A stretch of DNA of 64,000 bases from Patescibacteria group bacterium UBA926 (GCA_002293685.1 DBDS01000006.1:20187-84186); one strand, 5' to 3'. Counted from the first letter of the stretch, positions 26,733 through 37,387 are shown. A program made the numbers and translations. The notes: generated by a model not told the origin, from the letters alone.

Positions 26733-26764
26733 AAAAAACACCCCTCAAGAGAGGGGTGTTTTTT
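26733..26764. terminator. Bidirectional intrinsic terminator
   Basis: AAAAAAACACCCCTC-aaga-GAGGGGTGTTTTTT between convergent genes. Confidence 0.85.
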
Positions 26765-26767
26765 GTA

Positions 26768-28204
26768 TTAGTAGTTATCTGTTGGTTTCTTTTCCCAGAA
26801 AAGAATGAGTAAGCTTTTCACTAGTACTTGCATATCAAGAAGTAGGCTCCAGTTTTCGATGTAGTAAGTATCGAGACGAACTTCTTCATCAAAGGGAAGT
26901 GTCGGCCATGAAAACTGGGCAATCTGAGTGAAGCCAAATATGCCTGGTTTGATAGTTAGAATTCTCCCATTGCTCGAACGGTATTGCTCGACTTCATCAG
27001 GAAGATGGGGTCTTGGTCCAACCATACTCATATCACCGATGAATACATTCCAGAACTGAGGGATTTCATCAAGTTTAGTTCGGCGCAGGAATCGACCAAT
27101 TTTTGTAACTCTAGGATCCTCTTTTATTTTAGTTAGAGGTCCGCGTTTGTTTTCCTCTGAAGCTTTCATTAATTCTAGATACAGAGCCCGCGCTTCATCC
27201 TTACCATATTTATCACCAACACTGAGATGGGTGTACATACTTCTAAGCTTGAAAAATTTAAATTTTTTTCTTTGCGCACCACACCGTTCGGCGCTGTAAA
27301 TCACAGGGCCTTTACTGTCTAGTTTTATCGCAATCGCCAAAATTAGAAACAGTGGAGAGGTGATAATCAAACAAATAAAACTGATGATTATATCGGAAAT
27401 TCTTTTGATTAGCTTACCCCAACCGTCGAGTGGGGTATTCTTCAATCCGATAATTGGAATACCTTGCAAGTTGTTTAATTCAATAATGTTTCGTTGTACT
27501 TCAAATAAATTTGGGACAAAAGAGAATTGCAAACCATTTTGTCTTGCAAAAGCAACAAGGGTTAGATTATCTTCCGCAGAAGTATTGTGATTAGTTTGAA
27601 CTATTTCATCGAAAGGTTGTTTCTGGTACGCAGTTTCAAGTTCAGCTAATAGATTTGGATTATTATGTAGCTCTGCCACAACTTCGTAACCAAATTTGTG
27701 GTTGCGCAAAATTGATTGAATAAACTCTGCTTCTGTTCCGGAACCATTAATTAATGCCAGTCTGTGCAAGCCATAACCTTTAGCAAAGAGTGCTTGCTGA
27801 ATTGATTTTAAAATTAATCGACCGAATAAAACCAGCGCAATACTGATCAACCACACGGCTAAAATAATAAAACGAGAAGGAAAAATCGACTGATCGAAGA
27901 AGAACAAAACAACAGTGATGAAAGCAGCGAGAGTTAAACCTATAGTAACTCGATTAAACTCGAACAAGAATTTACGAGTTCCGCGCAATGAGTACAATCC
28001 AAGCAAAGCAAAAATTAGTAATACAATCGGTATTACTTTTATAAGAATTAGGATAAATTCTGGAAGGGCTAATTCGAATAGAATTGGACCAACCAAGTTG
28101 TCTGATTCGTAGCGGATTTGGTAGGCGATAATTCCCGCGCCAAGTAAGGCGAGTGCGTCTACGGGAATGGAAATCAGGTTAAATAGTAATTCAGTTTTTT
28201 TCAT
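26768..28204 (-). CDS. Polyprenyl-phosphate sugar transferase (WcaJ/WbaP family)
   Basis: KR..DI...IKLDS.GPV...F.FFK.RSM...DPRVT..GRFLR.T.LDE.PQ..NV..GDMS.VGPRP. Confidence 0.92.
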   Translation of the reverse strand: MKKTELLFNLISIPVDALALLGAGIIAYQIRYESDNLVGPILFELALPEFILILIKVIPIVLLIFALLGLYSLRGTRKFLFEFNRVTIGLTLAAFITVVLFFFDQSIFPSRFIILAVWLISIALVLFGRLILKSIQQALFAKGYGLHRLALINGSGTEAEFIQSILRNHKFGYEVVAELHNNPNLLAELETAYQKQPFDEIVQTNHNTSAEDNLTLVAFARQNGLQFSFVPNLFEVQRNIIELNNLQGIPIIGLKNTPLDGWGKLIKRISDIIISFICLIITSPLFLILAIAIKLDSKGPVIYSAERCGAQRKKFKFFKLRSMYTHLSVGDKYGKDEARALYLELMKASEENKRGPLTKIKEDPRVTKIGRFLRRTKLDEIPQFWNVFIGDMSMVGPRPHLPDEVEQYRSSNGRILTIKPGIFGFTQIAQFSWPTLPFDEEVRLDTYYIENWSLLLDMQVLVKSLLILFWEKKPTDNY

Positions 28205-28315
28205 AATATCAGGGTAATTATATCATTTTGTTGGGCACCACGCCATAATCGTCAGAGCCCTAAACTTATGGTATAATTGCACAGATTAAAGGGATTTTTA
28301 ATATATTTTTGAAGT

Positions 28316-29347
28316 ATGAATAAGACAGCAGTGTTATTTGGTGGCGGCGGATTTATCGGTTCGTATCTCGCAGTTGAGTTATTAAAAAACAATTTAGTTG
28401 ATGAAGTCTTGTTGGCAGATATGAGTTTTCAGGAATATCAATGGCCTAGAGAATTGCATAAGTTACGCTCCGAAGGTCGAGTTGCGACAGTCACATTTGA
28501 TGTTCGAAGAAAAGAAGATTTCACTTACCTCACAGTTAAACCAGAAATTATTGTAAATCTGGCCGCGGTTCATCGCGAGCCTGGACATGCTGAACATGAA
28601 TATTACGATACAAACATTCCTGGTGCAGAAAATATTTGCGAGTGGGCGGAACAAGTAAGTTGTTCTAACATTATCTTTACTAGCAGTATCGCTGTGTATG
28701 GAGCGAATGATTCCGCCAATCCCGAACCTAAGACAGAGCAGACACCAACTAAACCAAATTCTCCTTATGGAATTTCAAAGTTGAAGGCTGAAGAAATTCA
28801 CAAAGCTTGGCAAGAAAAAAATTCGGAGCGAAAACTTTTAATAGTTCGTCCGGGTGTAATTTTTGGCGCAGGTGAAAACGGAAATGTAACACGTATGCTA
28901 AAAGCTTTGAAGCGTGGTTACTTTGTATTTGCTGGCAACAAAGACACAGCTAAAGCCGGCGGATATGTGAAGGAGTTATGTCGCTCAATGGTGTGGATGT
29001 GGCAACGGCAATTACAAAATAATTCAGCGCAAGAATTATATAATTTCACAGTTGAACCAACTCCGACAGTAGGACAATATGTAACAGCTATAAATAAAGT
29101 TTTGGGGAAACCCTCAAGAACAATTAATTTACCATATGGACTGTTAATGTTTGGTGCTCAGGTTATTCAGAGGCTTTCTAGTATTGTCGGGCGAACAGCT
29201 GGAATCAATCCAGCGCGAATTCGTAAACTTCGTCGGTCGAATTATATCGTGGCTGAGGTACTACAGAAAGCAGGTTACAAGTATCATTATGACTTAGATT
29301 CAGCTATGCGTGATTGGCAAAACGAACGACCGCAAGACTGGAATTAG
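28316..29347 (+). CDS. NAD-dependent epimerase/dehydratase
   Basis: GGGGFIG, NLAA, FTSSIAVYG, YGISK. Confidence 0.9.
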   Translation: MNKTAVLFGGGGFIGSYLAVELLKNNLVDEVLLADMSFQEYQWPRELHKLRSEGRVATVTFDVRRKEDFTYLTVKPEIIVNLAAVHREPGHAEHEYYDTNIPGAENICEWAEQVSCSNIIFTSSIAVYGANDSANPEPKTEQTPTKPNSPYGISKLKAEEIHKAWQEKNSERKLLIVRPGVIFGAGENGNVTRMLKALKRGYFVFAGNKDTAKAGGYVKELCRSMVWMWQRQLQNNSAQELYNFTVEPTPTVGQYVTAINKVLGKPSRTINLPYGLLMFGAQVIQRLSSIVGRTAGINPARIRKLRRSNYIVAEVLQKAGYKYHYDLDSAMRDWQNERPQDWN

Positions 29348-29409
29348 TATCAATTTAATCCACCTTCTCGGTGGATTTCTTTGTGGATTTCTTGTGATTA
29401 GTCTGTGGA

Positions 29410-30186
29410 TTGCCTGTGGATTTTTTTCTCAAAATAGTATATACTTTTGCCACAAGAAAAATTTGGAGGATAACACTAGTGAACATCAATTCTACGGACA
29501 AGGTAGTTAAGAAGAAGGTTAGCCATAATCCTGGAGTAGCTGAAGCCGGTATAATCTTGGAGTTTATCGAAGGTTCTTTGTTTCTTATCAACAAGAAAAA
29601 GCGCTTCGATATTTACCCGCCGTCACCGGCTTGGTTAAAGAGATCTCATAATCTTGCAAAAAGAATCGAGGAATTTAGTAAATTTTCAGAATCAATTCCG
29701 GCAGAACGTTTCGAGGGACCTTGGATTAAGCATGTGGGTGGGATGAGCGCAGCTCATCATAATTCCAATGGCGATATTCACCTCTATCAAATTGATGACG
29801 GTCTGCTGTCGAAGTCTTTACCTCCAGTTGGTACGGACGAAAACCAACTTACTTACAAGGATCGTTCACGATTCTTTTGTAATCGAGTTTTTGGCTTAGA
29901 TATTAGGGGACAACGTTTAAAGAGCAGGATTCATTTTCACGCTTTCAGCTTAGAAGATGTCATCACAGAGTCCTTGAAAGTTGAGGGGCAAAGTGTGATG
30001 CTAGCAATTCGCAATTTAATCGCAGCAGACCACGGTCCTGATGGAAACTACATTAAGCGCTCGACTTTAAAATTTTTTAGTCACCGTTCTCGTTGTCCGG
30101 ATGGTGTGCCAATGAGTCAGCATCTCAATCTGGTGATGAATAAGCCAAGCTGGTTTCAACAACAAGTGTCTTTATGGCAACGTTGA
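29410..30186 (+). CDS. Hypothetical protein (start uncertain, possibly GTG 29478)
   Basis: Long ORF followed by a hairpin/T-tract; no recognisable motif. Confidence 0.5.
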   Translation: MPVDFFLKIVYTFATRKIWRITLVNINSTDKVVKKKVSHNPGVAEAGIILEFIEGSLFLINKKKRFDIYPPSPAWLKRSHNLAKRIEEFSKFSESIPAERFEGPWIKHVGGMSAAHHNSNGDIHLYQIDDGLLSKSLPPVGTDENQLTYKDRSRFFCNRVFGLDIRGQRLKSRIHFHAFSLEDVITESLKVEGQSVMLAIRNLIAADHGPDGNYIKRSTLKFFSHRSRCPDGVPMSQHLNLVMNKPSWFQQQVSLWQR

Positions 30187-30261
30187 GCCGTTTGCAACTA
30201 ATTTTTAGCTGTCTTCTAAGGCAGCTTTTTTGTTGCCAAAAACCTCAATTTTTGATAATAT

Positions 30262-31173
30262 ATGCTAGTTAATATGACAAATTTCGAAATAATTTTATTT
30301 TATAAATATGTACTTATAGAGAACCCAGCTGAGTTGATGCTTCATCAAAAAGAGCTTCAACAGCGCCTTGGTTTGAAAGGTAGAACTATCATTGCCACTG
30401 AGGGGATAAATGCCACCTTAGAGGGTACTACAGAGGCAATTGATGAGTATTTAAAGGATTACCTAGCTGACCCTCGTTTTTCTGATACCCATATAAAACG
30501 TGGTTCAGGAACTGGTCAGGCTTTCCCACGAACTTCAGTGAAAGTACGCTCAGAAATCGTGGCACTTGGTTTGGATAAATCTTGCGACATCGACCCGAAT
30601 CAAGTTACGGGAAAACGCTTGGCTCCAGAAGATTTGCACCAGTGGATTGGTGAAGGTCGTGAGTTATATATCGTTGACATGCGTAACGCGTACGAACATT
30701 TAGTTGGTTACTTTGAAGGTTCAATTTTACCGCCGATGACCAACTTTCGTGATTTACCAAAGTTCGTTGATTCAATTAGTCACCTTAAGGACAAAACAGT
30801 CGTTACAGTTTGTACTGGCGGGGTGCGTTGTGAGAAAGCTTCAGGCTATTTGGTATCACAAGGATTCTCTGATGTATATCAGCTTGATGGTGGAATTGTT
30901 TCTTACATGGAAAAATTCCCCAACGAAGATTTTCTAGGCAAGTTATATGTGTTCGACAATAGGATCGCAATAGGATTTTTCACCGATGATCCTAAGCATA
31001 GAGTCGTTGGGAAATGTGTATTCTGTAAAGAATCAAGCGAGCGCTACACAAATTGTTTAGTGAATGATTGTAACCGTAAGTTTATTGCTTGCGAAGACTG
31101 TCAGCAAAAGTTAGGCGAGAACTTTATTTGTCCGGCAGAACTTGGTTGTAAAGAAAAAACTCGCGTAAGTTAG
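30262..31173 (+). CDS. trhO: tRNA uridine(34) hydroxylase TrhO-like rhodanese protein
   Basis: LFYKY...LKGR.IIA.EGINAT...D.RN.YE...G.F...CTGGVRCEKAS...L.GGI..Y...GK.YVFD.R. Confidence 0.85.
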   Translation: MLVNMTNFEIILFYKYVLIENPAELMLHQKELQQRLGLKGRTIIATEGINATLEGTTEAIDEYLKDYLADPRFSDTHIKRGSGTGQAFPRTSVKVRSEIVALGLDKSCDIDPNQVTGKRLAPEDLHQWIGEGRELYIVDMRNAYEHLVGYFEGSILPPMTNFRDLPKFVDSISHLKDKTVVTVCTGGVRCEKASGYLVSQGFSDVYQLDGGIVSYMEKFPNEDFLGKLYVFDNRIAIGFFTDDPKHRVVGKCVFCKESSERYTNCLVNDCNRKFIACEDCQQKLGENFICPAELGCKEKTRVS

Positions 31174-31197
31174 AAATTAAAATATTCAAATTAATTT

Positions 31198-32157
31198 ATG
31201 TCCGAAAATAATGCCATTGTTATTGAGGGCCTCACGAAGTCTTATAAAGACGTAGAGGTTCTCAAAGGTATTGATTTAAAAGTGGAGCGCGGTACCATGT
31301 TGGCTTTACTTGGCCCAAACGGAGCTGGTAAAACCACAATTGTTCGTATCCTGAGCACGCTCTTAAAATATGATTCAGGAAAAGTAACTGTTCATGGTTA
31401 CGATGTGAAAGACCAGGCTCATGAAGTGCGTCAGAATATTGGTCTAACTAGTCAGTATGCAGCGTTAGATGAGTTTCTAACTGGTATGGATAATTTAGTA
31501 ATGATGGGTCGATTGTTTCATCTTAGTAAGGAAGACGCCAATAAACGTGCTCATGAATTACTAGAACAGTTTGATTTAGTCGATGCGGCTAACCGCCCAG
31601 TGAAAACTTATTCTGGGGGTATGCGTCGTCGTTTAGATTTGGCAGTGAGCTTAATTCCAACACCTCCTGTAATTTTCTTGGACGAACCAACAACTGGTCT
31701 CGATCCACGAAGTCGTTTGGCAATGTGGAATGTGATTAAGAAGCTTGTTGAAGCAGACGTTACAATTTTGCTTACCACTCAATATTTAGAAGAAGCTGAT
31801 CAGTTGGCCGATAAAATTGCAGTCATTGATAACGGAAAAGTTATTGCCGAAGGAACCTCTGATGAATTAAAGAGTAAAGTTGGTAACGAACGTTTAGAGC
31901 TGGTAATTAAGGACTCCGAGAACTTTGCTCGAGCAGTTTCTGTTTTGGCGAATTATAAGTTTATTAAGAACGACGAAGAACGAACTATCAACATTACTAT
32001 TGATAGCGGGGTTCAAGAGATTGCAAAGATTTTGTCTCTCATTGAACAAAATAGCGTTCAGATTGAATCATTGTCTCTTCATAAGCCAACACTAGATGAT
32101 GTGTTTTTGCAGTTAACAGGCCATGAAGCCGAAGACAAGAAAGTAGAGGATAAATAA
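31198..32157 (+). CDS. ABC transporter ATP-binding protein (DrrA family)
   Basis: GPNGAGKTT, YSGGMRRR, FLDEPTTGLDP, PTLDDVFL.LTG. Confidence 0.93.
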   Translation: MSENNAIVIEGLTKSYKDVEVLKGIDLKVERGTMLALLGPNGAGKTTIVRILSTLLKYDSGKVTVHGYDVKDQAHEVRQNIGLTSQYAALDEFLTGMDNLVMMGRLFHLSKEDANKRAHELLEQFDLVDAANRPVKTYSGGMRRRLDLAVSLIPTPPVIFLDEPTTGLDPRSRLAMWNVIKKLVEADVTILLTTQYLEEADQLADKIAVIDNGKVIAEGTSDELKSKVGNERLELVIKDSENFARAVSVLANYKFIKNDEERTINITIDSGVQEIAKILSLIEQNSVQIESLSLHKPTLDDVFLQLTGHEAEDKKVEDK

Positions 32158-32158
32158 C

Positions 32159-32977
32159 ATGGAAGAAACAAAAATGGTTGGGTTGTATCAACCCCAACAA
32201 CACTCAAAACTTTATTGGATTTTTAGTGACTCACTAACATTCATCAAGCGTAGCTTAAAACTGATCTTCCGAAACCCGGATCAATTAATCGGATTGATCG
32301 TTCAACCGATCATGTTCATGCTTTTGTTTCGCTATGTATTTGGTGGAGCAATTGACACTGGCGGTCCAAGTTACGTTAACTTTTTGGTAGCTGGAATTTT
32401 GGTTCAGATGGCAGCGTTTGGTGCTCTGACAACATCTTACTCAGTGACCTACGACATGCAAAAGGGAATAATCGACAGATTAAAGTCTTTCCCAATTGCT
32501 AGTTGGACAGTACTAACAGGACACGTTGTTTCCGATTTATTCCGTAACTTTATTTCTTCGCTGATTTTGTTGGCGGTCGCATTCCTTGTGGGTTTTCAGC
32601 CAACAGCTTCACTTTCTGATTGGGTATTAGTTGCTTTAATTGTGATGTTGTTTACATTCGCAATCTCATGGTTATCAGCTGTACTTGGCTTATTAGCTAA
32701 ATCAATCGAAGCGGTGCAGTGGATGGGATTCTTGCTTGTCTTCCCGTTAACGTTTGCTAGTGCAGCTTTTGCGCCAACAGAAAGCATGGCAACTGGTCTT
32801 CGCATCTTTGCACAGAATCAGCCAGTCACTCATGTGATCGAAGCGATTCGCGCGTTGATGATCGGAACACCAATTGGTAATCACGGTATCATGGCAGTGA
32901 TATGGTGTGTGGCAATTATTCTAGTTGCGATTCCACTCTGTGCGTATTTGTTCAACAGACAAGTCTCAAAATCATAG
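32159..32977 (+). CDS. ABC-2 permease (DrrB family)
   Basis: QPIMF.LLF.YVFGGAI, D...G..DR, F.S.AF.P..M...NQP. Confidence 0.9.
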   Translation: MEETKMVGLYQPQQHSKLYWIFSDSLTFIKRSLKLIFRNPDQLIGLIVQPIMFMLLFRYVFGGAIDTGGPSYVNFLVAGILVQMAAFGALTTSYSVTYDMQKGIIDRLKSFPIASWTVLTGHVVSDLFRNFISSLILLAVAFLVGFQPTASLSDWVLVALIVMLFTFAISWLSAVLGLLAKSIEAVQWMGFLLVFPLTFASAAFAPTESMATGLRIFAQNQPVTHVIEAIRALMIGTPIGNHGIMAVIWCVAIILVAIPLCAYLFNRQVSKS

Positions 32978-33090
32978 ATTAAATGAGCCCTGCGGAACGC
33001 GGGGCTTTTGAATTTCCCTGTACAAATCCTTAAAAAAGTGTTAGTATTGATGAAATAACAACCCGCACTAGCGGGTGTATTTTTTCGCTT

Positions 33091-34569
33091 ATGGCAGATA
33101 CAACAATACTTCGATTCTCTGAAGTTACATTTGAATACGGTGTTAACAAGCGCGTTTTGGACGAAGCGAGTTTTTCGGTTCGTTCTGGAAGTCGCATTAC
33201 TTTGATGGGACAAAACGGTGCAGGAAAAAGCTCTTTGTTTAAACTAATCACTGGTGAGTTAAAACCAACTGAAGGTTCAATCCACATCACCCCGAAAGAT
33301 GCAACTATTGCTATCGCAAGACAGGTAATGCCTCAGGAGATGTTCGAATTATCAGTACATGATTATTTCGCAACCGCTTTCACAGAAAAAACTTACAACT
33401 TAGATAAGTTAATTGTTGATGTGTTGGAAGTTGTTCATTTGGAATTACCAAAGGAACAATTTACTGAAAAAAAGATTAAGTTCTTTTCAGGTGGACAACA
33501 AGCGCGATTGTTACTTGCTCATGCACTAATTCAGAATCCAGATTTACTTTTGCTCGACGAACCTACTAATAATTTAGACAAACAAGGCATCGAACACTTA
33601 ACAGGTTTCTTGATGATGTATGAAAAAACTTGTTTAGTAATTTCTCATGATGCGGATTTTCTTAACGCATTTTCTGATGGGGTTTTGTATTTAGATGTAT
33701 ACACTCACCAAGTCGAACAATACTCCGGAAACTACTACGACGTAGTTGAGGAAATTAAGAACCGAATTGAACGCGAGAATCAACAGAACGCTCGTATGCA
33801 GATGCAAATTAAAGAGAAGCGCAGTCAAGCGGAAGTATTCGCCCATAAAGGTGGAAAGCTCCGTGCGGTTGCAAAGCGTATGCGTGACGCTGCAGAGGAA
33901 GCGGAAGAAAACATTGTAAGTGTTCGCCAAGAAGATAAGACTATTCGTGAATTCAAAATCCCTGTTCAAAAGTTCGATCCATTTTTCGATGGTAAGATTT
34001 TAAGCTTTAACTCAATTTCTGCTTATCAAAATGGGGAATTGGTCATCAAAAAATTTGAGGAAGTTATTAGAAAAAATACCCATGTTTTAATTTCCGGTCC
34101 AAACGGTATTGGTAAAAGTACTTTACTTGAAAGATTAGTGGCAGGCTCAGGTGAAGGTTTTCAAGTCGCTCCAGAAATGACTGTTGGGTATTACAAGCAA
34201 GATTTTACTAACTTTGATTTTAAGCAAACTGGCTTTGATGCTCTTAAAGAGGTCATGAACGAATTTGATGAACACGTCTTGCGTTCAACTGCCGCTGGGT
34301 TTTTACTTGATGGAAAATTACTTGGTAATCCAATTGAATCTTTATCTGAAGGTCAAAAAGGACTACTCGCTTTCTGTCGATTGATGCTCCAAAAACCAGG
34401 ACTATTAATTTTAGATGAACCTACTAACCATATTAATTTCCGTCATTTGCCTGTCATCGCTAAAGCATTGGATGAGTACGAAGGTGCTATGATTATGGTT
34501 TCTCACGTTCCGGATTTTGTTTCTCAGATTCGCATCGACAAAGTAATTGAATTAGATAACTTAAAATAA
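33091..34569 (+). CDS. ABC-F family ATPase
   Basis: Two ABC domains (GQNGAGKS/FSGGQ/DEPTN and GPNGIGKST/LSEGQ/DEPTNH), no TM. Confidence 0.9.
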   Translation: MADTTILRFSEVTFEYGVNKRVLDEASFSVRSGSRITLMGQNGAGKSSLFKLITGELKPTEGSIHITPKDATIAIARQVMPQEMFELSVHDYFATAFTEKTYNLDKLIVDVLEVVHLELPKEQFTEKKIKFFSGGQQARLLLAHALIQNPDLLLLDEPTNNLDKQGIEHLTGFLMMYEKTCLVISHDADFLNAFSDGVLYLDVYTHQVEQYSGNYYDVVEEIKNRIERENQQNARMQMQIKEKRSQAEVFAHKGGKLRAVAKRMRDAAEEAEENIVSVRQEDKTIREFKIPVQKFDPFFDGKILSFNSISAYQNGELVIKKFEEVIRKNTHVLISGPNGIGKSTLLERLVAGSGEGFQVAPEMTVGYYKQDFTNFDFKQTGFDALKEVMNEFDEHVLRSTAAGFLLDGKLLGNPIESLSEGQKGLLAFCRLMLQKPGLLILDEPTNHINFRHLPVIAKALDEYEGAMIMVSHVPDFVSQIRIDKVIELDNLK

Positions 34570-34573
34570 TACC

Positions 34574-34816
34574 GTGTACTATTTTTATATCCTACAATGC
34601 AAAGACAATTCGTTGTACTGTGGGTATACCACAGACTTAAAACAGAGAGAGCAGGAGCATAATCTTGGACTAGGCTCAAAATATGTTCGCTCTAAAGGCG
34701 GAGGAAAAATAGTCTACAGTGAAAAATTTAAATCTCGCTCCGAAGCTTTAAAACGCGAAGCCTTAATTAAGACTTGGACAAGACAGAAAAAATTACAACT
34801 TCTGGTAACGAAATAA
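34574..34816 (+). CDS. GIY-YIG nuclease family protein (UPF0213-like)
   Basis: Y.YIL.C.D.SLY.G.TTDL..R...HN.G.G.KY...EAL.RE..IK. Confidence 0.88.
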   Translation: MYYFYILQCKDNSLYCGYTTDLKQREQEHNLGLGSKYVRSKGGGKIVYSEKFKSRSEALKREALIKTWTRQKKLQLLVTK

Positions 34817-34831
34817 AAAAGAAGTAGCTAG

Positions 34832-34897
34832 CTACTTCTTTTTGTCTTTTTTAGGTTTCTTTTTTTCTTTCTTCTGAGCGTTATTACCTTTAGCCAT
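34832..34897 (-). CDS. 21-aa Lys-rich micro-protein (not in ORF track)
   Basis: MAKGNNAQKKEKKKPKKDKKK; stop lies in the 28-bp palindrome at 34816-34843. Confidence 0.5.
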   Translation of the reverse strand: MAKGNNAQKKEKKKPKKDKKK

Positions 34898-34992
34898 ATT
34901 TTGTAAAGTTAATTCTACATATAGTTTATCAAGTTTTTACAATTTATTCAATCTCAACCAGCTTCGTGGTATAATGCATATAAGAGCTCCTT

Positions 34993-35727
34993 ATGTTGAA
35001 AGCAAAAGCAAAAAGAAAACTTAAAAAAGGAACCCGTTTTGTTACCAAACTGGTTGAGTCTACAGGAATTCCTAAAGGTTATTCCACAACCGTGGCTTGG
35101 TTTGCCGAACGGATGGCAATCGCAAGCTTTGCCTTAATCGTGGTATCTTTTGCGGCGGGCGCATTTTTCGTCATGAAATTGGCAGAACCAATCGGCGATA
35201 GTCGTCCATACAATGCCGCGGCTGAGCAGGCGTTATTAGCAGAAGAGGGGATAAGGGTATTCTCACAGCAAGTTATTGATGTCGCATCACCTGTATTTGC
35301 CAAATTTGTAAAAGACAATCGTGAGGAAGTAGATATGGAAGCAGTTCAGCTTGCTGAGCGGAAAGTAAAATTACAAGCATATCTGGCGAGCAAAAAATCT
35401 CCTTTCGCAGACGATCCAGCTGCAATCGAAGCTTTTGCTACTTCACCAAATATGAAAATGATGGTCGCTATTTCTTTCGTGGAAAGCACTTTCGGAAAAA
35501 ATTGTTATTATTATAACTGTAGTGGTATCGGAGGAACGCCACCGAACCTTCGTAAGTACAACAGCTATGCAGAATGGATTAAAGACTTCGATGATTTGTT
35601 AGAACGACGATACAAAGATATTCCACCAGAAGGTTTTCTGGGTTTGTATGTTCAACCAGGAAGTCCTAACTGGATTTACGGTGTGAAGCAAGTACTGAGG
35701 GAATTTGAAGAACAAGGAATTGTATAA
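34993..35727 (+). CDS. Membrane-anchored lysozyme-like/glucosaminidase-like protein
   Basis: TM helix then VAISFVESTFGK...YNCSGI...Y.S..E.I pattern. Confidence 0.6.
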   Translation: MLKAKAKRKLKKGTRFVTKLVESTGIPKGYSTTVAWFAERMAIASFALIVVSFAAGAFFVMKLAEPIGDSRPYNAAAEQALLAEEGIRVFSQQVIDVASPVFAKFVKDNREEVDMEAVQLAERKVKLQAYLASKKSPFADDPAAIEAFATSPNMKMMVAISFVESTFGKNCYYYNCSGIGGTPPNLRKYNSYAEWIKDFDDLLERRYKDIPPEGFLGLYVQPGSPNWIYGVKQVLREFEEQGIV

Positions 35728-35764
35728 AAAAATGAGCCGCCCGAGAAATCGGACGGCTTTAAAT

Positions 35765-36613
35765 TCAGAGCTTGATGTTTTTCGCAAGTCCTAAGCTTTT
35801 TAGAACAGAGATTAACATCCAGCTGAAATCAATTTGGTACCAGTGAAGTCCGTGTCGGGCTCTAACTGGTTTGTCGTGATGGTTATTGTGCCATCCTTCA
35901 CCAAAGGTTAACAGAGCGACCCACCAATTATTTTTAGAGTCATCGTCGGTTTCAAACATTCGGCTACCGAATTTGTGGCAAACAGAATTGACCAACCAAG
36001 TAAAATGCAGACCCACAGCGACGGGAATGAAAATTCCCCAAAGAATCGCTTCTATTCCGTCAAAGGCGAATAAAACTAGAGCAAGAATAGTGCTTGGTAA
36101 CCACCAGAATTTATGAAAAAATCGATGCACCGGATCGGACATCAAATCCTTCGCATACTTTTCCAGAAACGGAGTTTCCGAAAGACGACCTTCAGTATAT
36201 ATCATCCACCCGATATGAGAGTGCATAAAGCCGTTCCTGGGCGAGTGTGGGTCATTGAAGGTGTCAGTTTCCTGATGATGCCTTCTGTGAACTGCAATCC
36301 ACTTGATGTGACTGCTTTGCAAAGTTAGAAGTCCGCAAACCGTGAGTGTGTATTCCACCCATTTCGGAGTATCAAATCCGCGATGGGTTAACAGTCTATG
36401 GTAGCCGACAGCTAGTCCAAGTCCGTGGCTAATTGGCCAAATGAGCAAGGCTAACATTGGATACGCTACTAATGTAAAGATAGTTTCGTAGTAGATGTAT
36501 GAATAAATTGGTGCTAATATAGCACCAATGTGGAATATTGTTATTCCAATCACAGTATCTAGCCGAAATTTATCATAAGGTTTTACCCCAATCTGATAAG
36601 TCTCTGTGACCAT
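35765..36613 (-). CDS. Delta-9-type fatty acid desaturase
   Basis: His boxes GYHRLLTH, HRRHH..TD...DPHSP, GEGWHNNHH. Confidence 0.92.
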   Translation of the reverse strand: MVTETYQIGVKPYDKFRLDTVIGITIFHIGAILAPIYSYIYYETIFTLVAYPMLALLIWPISHGLGLAVGYHRLLTHRGFDTPKWVEYTLTVCGLLTLQSSHIKWIAVHRRHHQETDTFNDPHSPRNGFMHSHIGWMIYTEGRLSETPFLEKYAKDLMSDPVHRFFHKFWWLPSTILALVLFAFDGIEAILWGIFIPVAVGLHFTWLVNSVCHKFGSRMFETDDDSKNNWWVALLTFGEGWHNNHHDKPVRARHGLHWYQIDFSWMLISVLKSLGLAKNIKL

Positions 36614-36725
36614 AAATTTCCCCCTGTATTTTTGTTTTTATTATCTCATAGAATTGGGGGTTTGTCATCAGAAAATTCGATAAAAAACCCCTTATTCTAA
36701 AGGGTTTTTGAAGTAAAAATCGTCT

Positions 36726-37256
36726 TTAAGGTTGGAAAATTTCTTCGGGCAAGAGTCGAACTTCTGTAACGTCGGAGAACTGTTCAGCGGTTTTAGTGAT
36801 TTGTGATGCTAGTAAAGTTACCCTACAAGAGCCACCTGATGTAAATCCAGGAACAGTACTGAATTCTAATAGAAGAATTCCATTCGAGAGTTCAGATTTA
36901 AGCAATTTAAAATCGGGATTTGGGAATTCGGTACTAAAGCCATTGTTTGATTCGGATTCAAAAATTTCTCCTGAGATGAGTAGATTGATTGTGTCTTCAA
37001 TTGGATTTTGGGAAGCGGTGATAACTCTTGTGACTGGAAGAACAGAATCTTCATTACATTGCGGCTCACCGTTCTCTGATAGTTGTCTGTCGGCAGGCTC
37101 GTTGTAATAATAAAGTTTCACGGTTTGAGTTTGCGGAACATCCCTTTCTTGTTCAATAACTGCTTGCTCCGGTTGATTGCTATAAACCACTACACCAATA
37201 ACTCCTAACATCAAAACGATTGCCAGTAGAATATATGCACCCTGTTTATTGGCCAT
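36726..37256 (-). CDS. GerMN-domain protein
   Basis: TM anchor; V.LYY, LPV.R, GGSCRV....QI.KT..QF..V.EV. Confidence 0.8.
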   Translation of the reverse strand: MANKQGAYILLAIVLMLGVIGVVVYSNQPEQAVIEQERDVPQTQTVKLYYYNEPADRQLSENGEPQCNEDSVLPVTRVITASQNPIEDTINLLISGEIFESESNNGFSTEFPNPDFKLLKSELSNGILLLEFSTVPGFTSGGSCRVTLLASQITKTAEQFSDVTEVRLLPEEIFQP

Positions 37257-37387
37257 ATAATGAAGTTAACTTATTTAGTTACAGAATACCATATCAAGGG
37301 CTTGTGACAAACTGACTGATTGGTTTTTGCGGATTTCATGTTGTAGCAAGTCAAGATTCAGAATAGGAATTATGGTACAATTTAAGC

